Source: an uncultured Clostridium sp.
GTDB taxonomy: Bacteria; Bacillota; Clostridia; Lachnospirales; Lachnospiraceae
DNA: 64,000 nt
Direction: 5' to 3'
NCBI GenBank assembly: GCA_900542035.1
Contig: UQMJ01000011.1
Span: forward strand, 4,993 to 68,992
The notes under the pieces were generated by a model that was not told the DNA's origin, did not search any database, and saw only the letters and a program-made list of their open reading frames with translations. A program made the translations under genes and the position numbers. The stretch's first letter is position 1. Each line of letters starts with the position of its first letter. This document shows, one piece after another, positions 17,362-26,745 of this stretch.

Positions 17362-18663
17362 GTGAACGACACCGGTTATGAACTGTTGTGGCTTTTGCTT
17401 GTATATTCTTTTCTGGGATGGGTGTTAGAAAGCGTCAACGGAGCAATCCGCCAGAAGCGTTTTGTGAACAGAGGTCTGGTCAACAGCCCCTTCTGTTTGA
17501 TTTACGGCATTACAGCCGTTGCGATTGCAGTATTTGGTCAGGAGCTTTCCGGAATCTGGCTGTTTATCGGTTCTGCGGTTCTGGCTACGGTAGTAGAGTG
17601 GATTGGCGGCCATCTTTTAGAGTGGCTCTGCAAAGAAAGATGGTGGGACTATTCTCATGTAAAATGGAACCTGGACGGTTATATCTGCCTTCCGATCTCT
17701 TTGCTGTGGGGATTTTGGGGATTTGTTACCCTGAAATGGGGGAATCATATTCTGGTAATGGTTTATCATCTCATGCCAGCCAGTCTGGGAAAGATTCTGA
17801 TCTGGACGCTGCTTGCCGCGCTGTCTGCAGATATTCTGGCAACCCTGGTGGTTCTCAGCGGAAAAAGCCAGAGAATCGAGCGGTGGGAATCGATGGATTC
17901 CTGGTTTGCGTCATTAAGCGTCCGCCTGGAAAAATGGCTTTCCGGCTGGATCAATGGGCGAATCCAGAAGGCTTACCCGAAGGCCGGAGAAAAAGAAACT
18001 GAAAAAGCGGCAGAGCAGGAAAAGGGATTCGCAAAGGGATGCAGTTTCTACAAAATCGTATTGCTGTTTATTATCGGAGCATTTTTAGGAGATGTGACAG
18101 AAACCATTTTCTGCCGCATCAGCGCAGGCGTATGGATGAGCCGCAGCAGCTTAGTGTGGGGGCAGTTCAGCATTGTCTGGGGACTGGCCATTGCCGCAGT
18201 AACCGTCCTTTTATACCGGTACCGAGATCGGTCCGATCGGTTTCTCTTTCTGATGGGAACGGTATTGGGAGGAGCTTACGAATACCTGTGCAGCGTATTT
18301 ACAGAGATAATGTTTGGAACCATATTCTGGGATTACAGCAAAATCCCTTTTAATCTGGGCGGCCGTATTAATTTGCTGTACTGCTTTTTCTGGGGAATCG
18401 CAGCCGTGGTCTGGTTTAAAGGCCTTTATCCGGTATTCTCCAGATGGATCGAGAAGATTCCGGAGAAGCCAGGAAAACCAATTATCTGGTTCCTGATTTT
18501 ATTTATGTGCGCAGATATGGGAGTTTCCTGTATGGCGCTTTCCAGAAGCAGCCAGAGAAGCCAGGGGATTCCGGCTCAGTACCACTGGCAGGAAATTATG
18601 GACGAGCGGTTTGACGACGAGCGGATGAACCGGATTTACCCAAATGCCAAAATGGTAGAATGA
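17362..18663 (+). CDS. polytopic membrane protein, tandem duplication of the 'putative ABC-transporter type IV' domain
   Basis: Two similar halves, LLVYSFLGWVLESV... and LLFIIGAFLGDVTETI.... GTG start preceded by AGGAGG. Confidence 0.6.
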   Translation: MNDTGYELLWLLLVYSFLGWVLESVNGAIRQKRFVNRGLVNSPFCLIYGITAVAIAVFGQELSGIWLFIGSAVLATVVEWIGGHLLEWLCKERWWDYSHVKWNLDGYICLPISLLWGFWGFVTLKWGNHILVMVYHLMPASLGKILIWTLLAALSADILATLVVLSGKSQRIERWESMDSWFASLSVRLEKWLSGWINGRIQKAYPKAGEKETEKAAEQEKGFAKGCSFYKIVLLFIIGAFLGDVTETIFCRISAGVWMSRSSLVWGQFSIVWGLAIAAVTVLLYRYRDRSDRFLFLMGTVLGGAYEYLCSVFTEIMFGTIFWDYSKIPFNLGGRINLLYCFFWGIAAVVWFKGLYPVFSRWIEKIPEKPGKPIIWFLILFMCADMGVSCMALSRSSQRSQGIPAQYHWQEIMDERFDDERMNRIYPNAKMVE

Positions 18664-18696
18664 AGTTAAGAAAGATGACAAAAAAGGAGAAATAAA

Positions 18697-19017
18697 ATGG
18701 GATTATTTTCATTATTTAATTTATCAAACGGTATGACCATGGATCAGGGAGTGGAAGAGGCAAAAGCAGTTGAAGGGTCTGTTTTGCTGGATGTACGTAC
18801 CAGGGAAGAGTATGCAGAAGGCCATGTTCCAGGAAGCGTAAATCTGCCCTTAGATCAGTTGGAAACCATTGATTATGACAAGTCGGTGCCGTTGTTTGTA
18901 TATTGCAGAAGCGGCGCCCGCAGCGGAAGAGGCGTAGAATTTTTAAAGAAAGCCGGTTATGAAAAGGCGGTCAATATCGGCGGAATCATGGATTATCACG
19001 GGCCAGTGGAACGGTAA
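18697..19017 (+). CDS. rhodanese-like domain protein
   Basis: Active-site loop CRSGARS and LLDVRTREEYAEGHVPGSVNLP. Confidence 0.9.
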   Translation: MGLFSLFNLSNGMTMDQGVEEAKAVEGSVLLDVRTREEYAEGHVPGSVNLPLDQLETIDYDKSVPLFVYCRSGARSGRGVEFLKKAGYEKAVNIGGIMDYHGPVER

Positions 19018-19043
19018 CAGGTTCCGGAAGGAGAGAAGACAAC

Positions 19044-19511
19044 ATGGTAAAGACAAACGTAATGCGTCTGCTGGATGCAGCGAACATTTCATATGAATCC
19101 AAGGAATATGAGGTAGATGAAAAGGATCTGTCCGGCAGCCATGCGGCGGACATGATGGGAGCTGATCACGACACGATTTTTAAGACCCTGGTATTAAAAG
19201 GCGAAAAAACCGGATACCTGGTCTGCTGCATTCCGGTGGACGAAGAATTGGACTTAAAAAAGGTGGCAAAAGCGGCTCACGATAAGAAAGTAGAGATGAT
19301 TCCCATGAAGGATTTGCTGCCGCTGACCGGTTATATTCGGGGAGGATGTTCTCCCATTGGAATGAAGAAAAAGTTTCCCTTATATATAGAAGAAACAGCG
19401 ATTCTGTTTGAAAAAATTGCCGTCAGCGCAGGCCAGAGAGGCGTTCAGATTCTTCTGTCTCCCAACGATCTGTGCGCCTATACAGAAGGCAGTTTTGCGC
19501 CTCTTATTTAG
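19044..19511 (+). CDS. ybaK: Cys-tRNA(Pro)/Cys-tRNA(Cys) deacylase
   Basis: YbaK/EbsC family pattern MVKTNVMRLLD...KTLVLKG...GGCSPIG. Confidence 0.85.
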   Translation: MVKTNVMRLLDAANISYESKEYEVDEKDLSGSHAADMMGADHDTIFKTLVLKGEKTGYLVCCIPVDEELDLKKVAKAAHDKKVEMIPMKDLLPLTGYIRGGCSPIGMKKKFPLYIEETAILFEKIAVSAGQRGVQILLSPNDLCAYTEGSFAPLI

Positions 19512-19650
19512 CAAAAGAGTTGACATAAGGATTCGACAGTAAATTTCGACAAAGAATATGACACAAAATAATTAACAAAAATGTAATAAAATCGTAAAAA
19601 TAAGGAGGTCAGTCTGGCTAAAAAAATAGGAGAAATAGACCGGAAACTTG

Positions 19651-19686
19651 CGCTATCTGCACAAAAATGGAGATAGCGTTTTTTTT
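19651..19686 (+). terminator. rho-independent terminator 140 nt downstream of ybaK
   Basis: CGCTATCT (19651-58) pairs with AGATAGCG (19671-78) and is followed by TTTTTTTT. Confidence 0.7.
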
Positions 19687-19722
19687 CGCCCTGGAATAAG
19701 TGACAAAGTTGTCCGGTTTCCA

Positions 19723-19752
19723 TTGACATTGTGGTGCGTATTCCCATATAAT
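19723..19752 (+). promoter_or_regulatory. sigma-A promoter of the cell-wall hydrolase gene
   Basis: TTGACA (19723-28), an 18-nt spacer, then TATAAT (19747-52). Confidence 0.7.
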
Positions 19753-19838
19753 TTGCCATGTTAACCAGAAAAACGAGCAGAAAGTGGGAGATGAATCCTG
19801 TTTCTGCGCCAAAAAGAGGGAGAAAAAGGAGAGTATCT

Positions 19839-20708
19839 ATGTTTCCATTTTATTCTTTTCTTCAGGCAGCACTGCAGTTTGTTCGGGAATTTATGAGACC
19901 TGCGATTCAGGTAAGTAAAAGAATGCACCGCCAGGCCGCTGTTTTAACATCCGGCTGCATGGTAGTGGCCGTCGTCGTATTTACCGCCGCCGGATTTGGA
20001 GCGGGAGGAAAAAGTGCGCTGACTGCATTTGCAGAGGGACGTTACCAGGAGAGCAGCGATGCTTTAGAGGAAACGGACGCTGAAGATTTGGATTTGATTA
20101 CAGAAGCTAAAATACAAGCCGAATTCGCCGCTTTCAGACAGGAGAGCAGCCTGATAGGCCAGAACCTGGTAAAAAATACAGAAAAAAAGATAGAACAGTC
20201 AGAGCGGGCAAAAGCGGAACTTGCGGCTAAGCAGGCAAAGATACAGGAGGAAAAAGAAGCAGAAGCCAGACGGATTGCAGAAGAAGAGGCCAGAAAAAAG
20301 GCAGAGGAAGAAAGAAGAGCCGCCAGACGGATTTCTTATTCCCAGTCCGATTATCAGGTGCTTTTGAAAATTGTACAGGCTGAGGCCGGAATCTGCGATG
20401 AACGGGGCCGGATTCTGGTAGCCAATGTGATTATGAATCGGGTACGGGACAAGCGTTTCCCTAATTCAGTCACAGAAGTGGTTTATCAGAGAGGGCAGTT
20501 TTCCCCAGTATCCGATGGACGGATTAATCAGGTAGAGGTAACGGATTTGACAGTTGAATGCGTAAACCGCGCATTAGATGGGGAAGATTATTCCCAGGGC
20601 GCCTTGTATTTTATGAACAGAGGACGTTCCCAGTCAAAAGCGGTCAGCTTTTTTGATTCCAGGCTTACCTATCTGTTTGCCCACGATGGACATGAGTTTT
20701 ATAAATAA
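19839..20708 (+). CDS. cell wall hydrolase, SleB-type (Hydrolase_2) catalytic domain with TM anchor and charged coiled-coil linker
   Basis: C-terminal LLKIVQAEAGICDERGRILVANVIMNRVRDKRFPNSVTEVVYQRGQFSPV. RBS AAGGAGAG then ATG at 19839, downstream of the promoter. Confidence 0.85.
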   Translation: MFPFYSFLQAALQFVREFMRPAIQVSKRMHRQAAVLTSGCMVVAVVVFTAAGFGAGGKSALTAFAEGRYQESSDALEETDAEDLDLITEAKIQAEFAAFRQESSLIGQNLVKNTEKKIEQSERAKAELAAKQAKIQEEKEAEARRIAEEEARKKAEEERRAARRISYSQSDYQVLLKIVQAEAGICDERGRILVANVIMNRVRDKRFPNSVTEVVYQRGQFSPVSDGRINQVEVTDLTVECVNRALDGEDYSQGALYFMNRGRSQSKAVSFFDSRLTYLFAHDGHEFYK

Positions 20709-20788
20709 AAAGGATTGAGTTTTTAGAAGGTATGGCGTATACTGTCTGTAAAAAGATGTAGTATCTACATAGAAAAGGAGAGCGCCAT

Positions 20789-21253
20789 ATGATTTTTGAC
20801 GAGAAGAAGAATTTAAATTTTTACAGAAATTTAGGAATTGAGGGCCGCTATGCAAAGGCAGTTGATTTCCTGTTAAATACGGATCTGGCTGCATTAGAGA
20901 CTGGCAAACATGAGATTGATGGAAAGAACGTATATGCGAATGTGGTAGAATACACGACGATTCCGTGGGAAGAGGCAAAGTTTGAAGCCCACGAGCATTA
21001 TACCGATATCCAGTATGTCATTAAGGGTACTGAGATTATGACCTATGCTCCGGTAGGAGAGATGACAGTTAAAACCCCTTACAATCCGGAAAAGGACGTT
21101 GTATTTTTTGACAATTCCAATCCAGGTCTGCAGGTTGCAGCAAAAGACGATCAGTACATGATTTTCTTCCCATGGGACGCTCATAAGCCGAAGGCAGCCA
21201 ATGGAGAACCAGCTCCGATTAAAAAGGTAATTGTAAAGATTAAAGAAGACTAA
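20789..21253 (+). CDS. YhcH/YjgK/YiaL family (DUF386) protein
   Basis: 154 aa with GKHEIDGKNVYANVVEYTT...EAHEHYTDIQYVIKGTE, typical of the family. Confidence 0.75.
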   Translation: MIFDEKKNLNFYRNLGIEGRYAKAVDFLLNTDLAALETGKHEIDGKNVYANVVEYTTIPWEEAKFEAHEHYTDIQYVIKGTEIMTYAPVGEMTVKTPYNPEKDVVFFDNSNPGLQVAAKDDQYMIFFPWDAHKPKAANGEPAPIKKVIVKIKED

Positions 21254-21261
21254 TCCATAGA

Positions 21262-21304
21262 AAAAGACGGGAAAAAAGCGGTTGCGCGGATTTCCCGTCT
21301 TTTG
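21262..21304. terminator. bidirectional hairpin terminator
   Basis: AGACGGGAAA pairs with TTTCCCGTCT, with flanking A and T runs. Confidence 0.7.
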
Positions 21305-21334
21305 CGTTTGCTGCACAGATTTGCAGCGGTTTTG

Positions 21335-21916
21335 TTACCTTCTGGTATCAGACTCTCCGGAAATACCCCCCCCATTTCCATCTGTCAGGAACAGGTCGGT
21401 TTTCTTTTGCCGGATAAGCCAGATTCCCAGGAAAATAATTCCGGCAGCAACTGCCAGCTGGGGAATCCGGCGGCTAAACCAGAAGAGAAGATCGGTTACA
21501 GGCTCCGGAATTACCAGGTAGCGTCCAAGAAAGGTCTGAATAAAGTCGCTGAAGATTCGCCACAACATAACGGCGCCTAAAAAAATCAAGGTGCAGGAGG
21601 TGGCTTTCCGGTATCTGGTAAACAGCAGGCTTCGATTTTTGATCAGAACATCCAGATGGAAGCAGTAATCATCCTCGATCATATAGAATTCCTCATCCGG
21701 AAGGGTAATCAGGTGGTTTACATGGAAAAAGCTGTAAAACCACAAAACCGGTGAAAGAAACATCAGCGGAGGAAACAGGATGCCGCTGCAGAACAGAAGC
21801 AGGAAAAACAGGCTCATTACGCTGATTCCGTGTTTAAAGAAGCCAAGATACATCTCTCCGGCTCCAGGAATCAGGGAGCAAAAAAAAGTAAATAGGCGGT
21901 TTTTCTTTTTTGTCAT
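21335..21916 (-). CDS. membrane protein of unknown function (third gene of the ECF sigma operon)
   Basis: 193-aa ORF with about 5 hydrophobic segments, 7 nt downstream of the anti-sigma-like gene. Confidence 0.6.
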   Translation of the reverse strand: MTKKKNRLFTFFCSLIPGAGEMYLGFFKHGISVMSLFFLLLFCSGILFPPLMFLSPVLWFYSFFHVNHLITLPDEEFYMIEDDYCFHLDVLIKNRSLLFTRYRKATSCTLIFLGAVMLWRIFSDFIQTFLGRYLVIPEPVTDLLFWFSRRIPQLAVAAGIIFLGIWLIRQKKTDLFLTDGNGGGISGESDTRR

Positions 21917-21922
21917 AGTAAC

Positions 21923-22258
21923 TTACCTCCACTTAAATAGATAATAAGAAAGATCAAGCATGGATTTCAGAGAACTTTCTGAAAGAGAAAATAGCAGGAA
22001 TAAAGCTCCGGCGACAGCGGTTCCTACCTGGAGGCTGTAACGGAGAAGCTGCAGTTTTCTGGATGCCTGACGGGTTTTCACAGTGACCTGGACATCCAGA
22101 CTGCGGCTTTTCTTTAATACCGATTCAGAAAATCCATTTGGAGCAGGAATAAAATAATACCGCTCCGTTTCATCTGCAAATGCATCCATCAGCTGGTCTG
22201 AATCTGCAATCTCTTCCAGTGTTTCGAGATAAATTCTGGATTTGGGGCTGTTTCTCAT
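21923..22258 (-). CDS. putative membrane-anchored anti-sigma factor
   Basis: 111 aa with a single C-terminal TM (VGTAVAGALFLLFSL). The start overlaps the sigma gene stop by 4 nt. The function is inferred from position only. Confidence 0.5.
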   Translation of the reverse strand: MRNSPKSRIYLETLEEIADSDQLMDAFADETERYYFIPAPNGFSESVLKKSRSLDVQVTVKTRQASRKLQLLRYSLQVGTAVAGALFLLFSLSESSLKSMLDLSYYLFKWR

Positions 22259-22764
22259 TTCAGATCCTCCCTTCGGTAGAGTTTTTTCAGCATCCCTTTG
22301 GCACGATAAATCTGGGTCTGAAGCGTTTTGATATTTTTGCCGGTTCTGGCCGCAATCTCGCTGATTTCAATTTCATGGCAGTAATAGTCTAAAGCGACGT
22401 CCCTGTAAGGAGGAGAAAGCTGGCAGCAGCAGTCATAAAGCCGTTTTTTTACATCCCGTTCCAGACATTCGTCTTCGGGGGAGGAATGGCTGTCTGCAAT
22501 CGCAGTAAAATAATCGTCTGCCGTAGGTACGCTGCGTCTGCCGGCGCGTTTTAAATAATCGATGCATTTGTTGGTGGCAATGCGGCACAGCCATGCCCGT
22601 TCGTTGGCCCCGTCAAAATGATCCAGATTTTTGTAAGCAGAAAGAAAGGTGTCCTGAGCTAAATCTTCTGCATCAAAATAATCGCCGGTAAGGCGGTAGC
22701 AGATGGAATAGATTAAGTTCTGATACTGCCGAATCAGCCGTTCCAGCGTTTCTTCATCATTCAA
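22255..22764 (-). CDS. RNA polymerase sigma-70 family, ECF subfamily
   Basis: Region 2 AEDLAQDTFLSAYKNLDHF and region 4 HTH ISEIAARTGKNIKTLQTQIYRAK. Confidence 0.9.
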   Translation of the reverse strand: MNDEETLERLIRQYQNLIYSICYRLTGDYFDAEDLAQDTFLSAYKNLDHFDGANERAWLCRIATNKCIDYLKRAGRRSVPTADDYFTAIADSHSSPEDECLERDVKKRLYDCCCQLSPPYRDVALDYYCHEIEISEIAARTGKNIKTLQTQIYRAKGMLKKLYRREDLK

Positions 22765-22941
22765 GCAAAGTTCTCCCCCTTCTTGGTGTCGTTCTATTTA
22801 TTATAACGGATGGAACGGCGAAATGTCTTCATTAAATTTTTTTATAAAGTGCCAGATAGAGGGAATTCTTTCCAAGTGTCTCTGGTTATTTCGGTCAAAA
22901 TATGGTAGACTAATACCATCATAAACTGGGGAGGTGTTTCC

Positions 22942-23220
22942 ATGGCAAGAACCATTCGCTATCATGTGATTGCCAGAGGGCGTGTCCAGAATGTAGGATG
23001 CCGCTTTTTCGTGTGTATGGAAGCCAGGCCTATGGGGATTACCGGATATGTAGAAAATCTCTATGACGGTACGGTTCAGATGGAACTTCAGGGAGATCCG
23101 GTTCAGTTATCGGAGCTTTTAGACGTTATCCGCAAAGGCAACGGCTATATGGAAGTGGAAGATCTGGACATTACAGAAATTCCGGTAAAACCTGGGGAAC
23201 GTCAGTTCTTGATGAGCTAG
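22942..23220 (+). CDS. acylphosphatase
   Basis: 92 aa with GRVQNVGCRFF (VQGVGFR-type motif) and GYVENLYDGTV. Confidence 0.85.
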   Translation: MARTIRYHVIARGRVQNVGCRFFVCMEARPMGITGYVENLYDGTVQMELQGDPVQLSELLDVIRKGNGYMEVEDLDITEIPVKPGERQFLMS

Positions 23221-23251
23221 TTTGAACTGCTGTACGGAAAGGAGTTTGTGT

Positions 23252-24415
23252 ATGAAACGAGTATTTTTAATGGTATTGGACAGTGTGGGAATCGGCGAGA
23301 TGCCGGACGCTGCAGATTTTGGGGATGAGGGGAGCAATACCCTGGCGGCTGCGGCCACCAGTTCTTATTTTTCTATGCCGAATATGAAAAAGCTGGGCTT
23401 ATTTAATATAGAAGGAGTAACCTGCGGGGAAAAAGAGGCAGATCCAGCAGGGGCAGTTGCCAGAATGACAGAAGTATCCAAAGGAAAGGATACGACCATC
23501 GGCCATTGGGAGATTGCCGGCGTGATTTCGCCAAAACCGCTGCCAACATTTCCGGAAGGATTTCCAAGAGAACTTCTGGATGAATTTGAGAAAGAGACGG
23601 GCAGAAAGGTTATCTGCAACAAACCTTATTCCGGTACAGAGGTAATCAAAGATTACGGCAGGGAACACGTAGAGACCGGAGCGCTGATTGTGTATACTTC
23701 CGCAGACAGCGTATTCCAGATTGCTGCCCATGAGGATGTGGTTCCCATTGAAGAATTGTATCGTTACTGTGAGATTGCCCGCCGCCTGTGTACAGGCAGA
23801 TATGGAGTTGGACGTGTCATCGCCCGTCCGTTTGAGGGGGAATGGCCTTATAAGAGAACGTCCCGCCGCCACGATTATTCCCTGGTTCCCCCAAAGGAAA
23901 CCATGCTGGATGCAATCTGCGCTGCCGGACAGAAGGTACTGGCAGTAGGCAAGATTAACGATATTTTTGCCGGACAGGGCATCAGCGGGATGGTAAGAAC
24001 CGCAGGAAATGCAGAGGGAATCGACCGGACTATCGAATACCTGGGACAGGATTTTGAGGGACTGTGCTTCATTAACCTGGTAGATTACGATATGCTCTAT
24101 GGCCACCGCAATGACGTAGATGGCTATGCGAAGGCGCTGACCTATTTTGATGAGCGGCTTCCGGAGATTTTAGCCGCTATGAGAGAAGATGACCTGCTGA
24201 TGATTACCGCGGATCATGGATGCGATCCCATTACGCCGTCTACCGACCATTCCAGGGAATATACCCCGTTAGTCATAGCTGGCGCCAGGGTAAAAGCAGG
24301 CATAAATCTGGGAACCAGATCTTCCTTTGCAGATACGGCGGCAACGATTCTGGACTATCTGGGAGTAAAGGGAGAGATTGCCGGAGAAAGCTTTTTAAAA
24401 GAAATCTGCAGATAA
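23252..24415 (+). CDS. deoB: phosphopentomutase
   Basis: MKRVFLMVLDSVGIGEMPDA N-terminus and ...ITADHGCDP. RBS GGAAAGGAG. Confidence 0.95.
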   Translation: MKRVFLMVLDSVGIGEMPDAADFGDEGSNTLAAAATSSYFSMPNMKKLGLFNIEGVTCGEKEADPAGAVARMTEVSKGKDTTIGHWEIAGVISPKPLPTFPEGFPRELLDEFEKETGRKVICNKPYSGTEVIKDYGREHVETGALIVYTSADSVFQIAAHEDVVPIEELYRYCEIARRLCTGRYGVGRVIARPFEGEWPYKRTSRRHDYSLVPPKETMLDAICAAGQKVLAVGKINDIFAGQGISGMVRTAGNAEGIDRTIEYLGQDFEGLCFINLVDYDMLYGHRNDVDGYAKALTYFDERLPEILAAMREDDLLMITADHGCDPITPSTDHSREYTPLVIAGARVKAGINLGTRSSFADTAATILDYLGVKGEIAGESFLKEICR

Positions 24416-24448
24416 GCAGAAAAAATAAAAAAGAATCGAGGAACACAC

Positions 24449-25120
24449 ATGGATAAGAAAGAAATTTTTAAAACAGTCGATCATACGCTGCTGACTCAGG
24501 GAGCTACCTGGGCAGAGATTAAGGAAATCTGCGACGATGCAGTCGCTTATGGTACCGCTTCAGTCTGCATTCCTCCGTCTTTTGTAAAACGGGCGGCAGA
24601 CTATCTGGGAGATAAGATGCCGGTCTGCACCGTAATCGGATTTCCAAATGGCTATAATACCACCAAAACCAAGGTATTTGAGACCAGAGATGCCATTGAA
24701 AACGGCGCCGAAGAAATCGATATGGTTATTAATATCGGAGATCTGAAAGATCAGAATTACGATAAGGTTGAGGCCGAGATACGGGAAATCAAAGAGGCCT
24801 GCGGCGACAAGATTTTAAAAGTAATCATCGAGACCTGCCTGCTGACAGAGGAAGAAAAGATTAAGATGTGCCAGATAGTTACCGATGCGGGAGCAGACTA
24901 CATTAAGACTTCTACGGGATTTTCCACAGCCGGCGCAACCTTTGACGATATTGCGCTGTTTGCAAAGCACGTAGGGCCGGATGTAAAGATGAAGGCCGCA
25001 GGCGGGATTAAATCCTTTGACGATGCAGAAAAGTTTATTGAACTTGGGGCGTCCAGACTGGGAACCAGCCGGATTGTCAAACTTGCCAAGGCAGAGACCA
25101 TCGAAGAGGGAAGCTATTAA
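24449..25120 (+). CDS. deoC: deoxyribose-phosphate aldolase
   Basis: DHTLL, the Schiff-base region IKTSTGF and KAAGGI. Confidence 0.95.
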   Translation: MDKKEIFKTVDHTLLTQGATWAEIKEICDDAVAYGTASVCIPPSFVKRAADYLGDKMPVCTVIGFPNGYNTTKTKVFETRDAIENGAEEIDMVINIGDLKDQNYDKVEAEIREIKEACGDKILKVIIETCLLTEEEKIKMCQIVTDAGADYIKTSTGFSTAGATFDDIALFAKHVGPDVKMKAAGGIKSFDDAEKFIELGASRLGTSRIVKLAKAETIEEGSY

Positions 25121-25152
25121 TCCGCAGTTTGAACGGCAAGGAGGCGCAGCTT

Positions 25153-26475
25153 ATGAGGATGTATGACCTGATTGAGGAGAAAAAACGGGGAGACGCTCTT
25201 TCAGAGGACGAGATTGCTTACATGATCCAGGGATTTACTGCTGGGGATATTCCGGATTATCAGATGGCAGCGATGCTGATGGCCATTTATTTCAAAGGAA
25301 TGAATGATGAAGAAATCACAACGATGACCATGGAGATGGCAAAGTCCGGAGACATGGTGGATTTAAGCGCCATCAAAGGAATCAAGGTGGATAAACACAG
25401 TACAGGAGGCGTTGGAGATAAGACTACATTAATTATCGGCCCTATTGTGGCGGCCTGCGGCGTAAAAGTAGCCAAAATGTCTGGAAGAGGCCTGGGACAT
25501 ACGGGAGGAACCATTGATAAGCTGGAGAGTATCCCTGGATTTTCTACTTCCATTCCCAGAGAAGAATTTTTCGATATTGTAAACCGTACTGGAATTGCCG
25601 TCATTGGACAGTCCGGCAACATGGTTCCGGCAGATAAGAAAATTTATGCGCTTCGGGATGTAACAGCGACGGTAGACAGCATTCCGCTGATAGCGTCTTC
25701 CATTATGAGCAAGAAACTGGCGGCGGGAAGCGACGGAATCGTGCTGGATGTCAAGACTGGAAGCGGCGCGTTTATGAAGACGCTGGAAGATTCCATTACC
25801 CTGGCTCAGAAGATGGTGGCCATTGGAACCAGGGCTGGCAGACGATGCTGCGCCCTGATTACAGATATGGACGTACCGTTAGGCCATGCGGTAGGAAATG
25901 CTTTGGAGATAAAAGAGTCCATAGAGGTATTAAAGGGCGGCGGCCCCTCCGATCTTCGGGAGGTTTCTCTGGGGCTGGCAGCTAATATGCTGTATATGGC
26001 GGAAAAAGGAACGATTGAAGAGTGCCGGAACCTGGCAGAATCAGCGATTCAGGACGGCAGCGCATTCGAGGCCCTGCTGCGCATGGTGGAAGGCCAGGGA
26101 GGCGATAAGAGCTATGCAGAGCATCCTGAAAAACTTCCCAAAGCGCCTTATTCGTTTGAAGTCCTGGCAGAAAAAGACGGCTTTATTACCCATATGGACA
26201 CAGAATCCGTGGGAATCGCCTCTGTTATGTTAGGGGCTGGACGCAGTAAGAAAGACGATGTAATCGACCCGTCAGCTGGAATTCTGTTAAAGAAAAAATA
26301 CGGAGACTCTGTAAAGAAGGGGGAGGCGTTGGCAGTGCTGTACGCTTCCAAAGAATCCCTGTTTGCAGATGCAGCTGGGAAGCTGAAAGAAGCTTATGTC
26401 CTGGGAGCAGAGATGCCCCTTGAAAAGAAATTAATTTACGCAAGAGTTACCAAGGATCAGGTGGAACGGTTTTAA
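25153..26475 (+). CDS. pdp: pyrimidine-nucleoside (thymidine) phosphorylase
   Basis: DKHSTGGVGDKTTL and SGRGLGHTGGTIDKLESIPGF. RBS AAGGAGG. Confidence 0.95.
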   Translation: MRMYDLIEEKKRGDALSEDEIAYMIQGFTAGDIPDYQMAAMLMAIYFKGMNDEEITTMTMEMAKSGDMVDLSAIKGIKVDKHSTGGVGDKTTLIIGPIVAACGVKVAKMSGRGLGHTGGTIDKLESIPGFSTSIPREEFFDIVNRTGIAVIGQSGNMVPADKKIYALRDVTATVDSIPLIASSIMSKKLAAGSDGIVLDVKTGSGAFMKTLEDSITLAQKMVAIGTRAGRRCCALITDMDVPLGHAVGNALEIKESIEVLKGGGPSDLREVSLGLAANMLYMAEKGTIEECRNLAESAIQDGSAFEALLRMVEGQGGDKSYAEHPEKLPKAPYSFEVLAEKDGFITHMDTESVGIASVMLGAGRSKKDDVIDPSAGILLKKKYGDSVKKGEALAVLYASKESLFADAAGKLKEAYVLGAEMPLEKKLIYARVTKDQVERF

Positions 26476-26520
26476 TCTGCGCAGGCAGTGAAAAGAGTGA
26501 CACAGCTTTCTGGAAAGGAA

Positions 26521-26560
26521 AAGGCAGTTGATCAGATGATAGGAACAGCTGCCTTTTTTG
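26521..26560 (+). terminator. rho-independent terminator of the deo operon
   Basis: AAGGCAGTTG pairs with CAGCTGCCTT (one G-U) and is followed by TTTTTT. Confidence 0.75.
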
Positions 26561-26745
26561 CGTACGCTGATTGAGGATAACGCAGAACATGGGGAAAGTA
26601 TCCCTCTTTGAGGCGTGTTGCCCCTGTACACGGATGCTAGAAAATTTGTAAGGAAAATTGTAAGAAAAAAACAGCATTTCCTGTAAGGTCTCTGTGGTAA
26701 GATAAAAGAAAACGCGATATGCGGATAGGGACAGGAGGGCTGGAT

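Noticed and set aside
19512-19686. AGGAGG followed by a 20-codon frame (LAKKIGEIDRKLALSAQKWR) and a strong terminator between ybaK and the cell-wall hydrolase promoter. This could be a small ORF, an sRNA or a ydaO-type leader.
   Set aside because: The frame has no ATG/GTG/TTG start at a sensible spacing (only CTG). No convincing promoter precedes it and no c-di-AMP riboswitch blocks are visible. It is most simply a long ybaK 3' UTR with its terminator.
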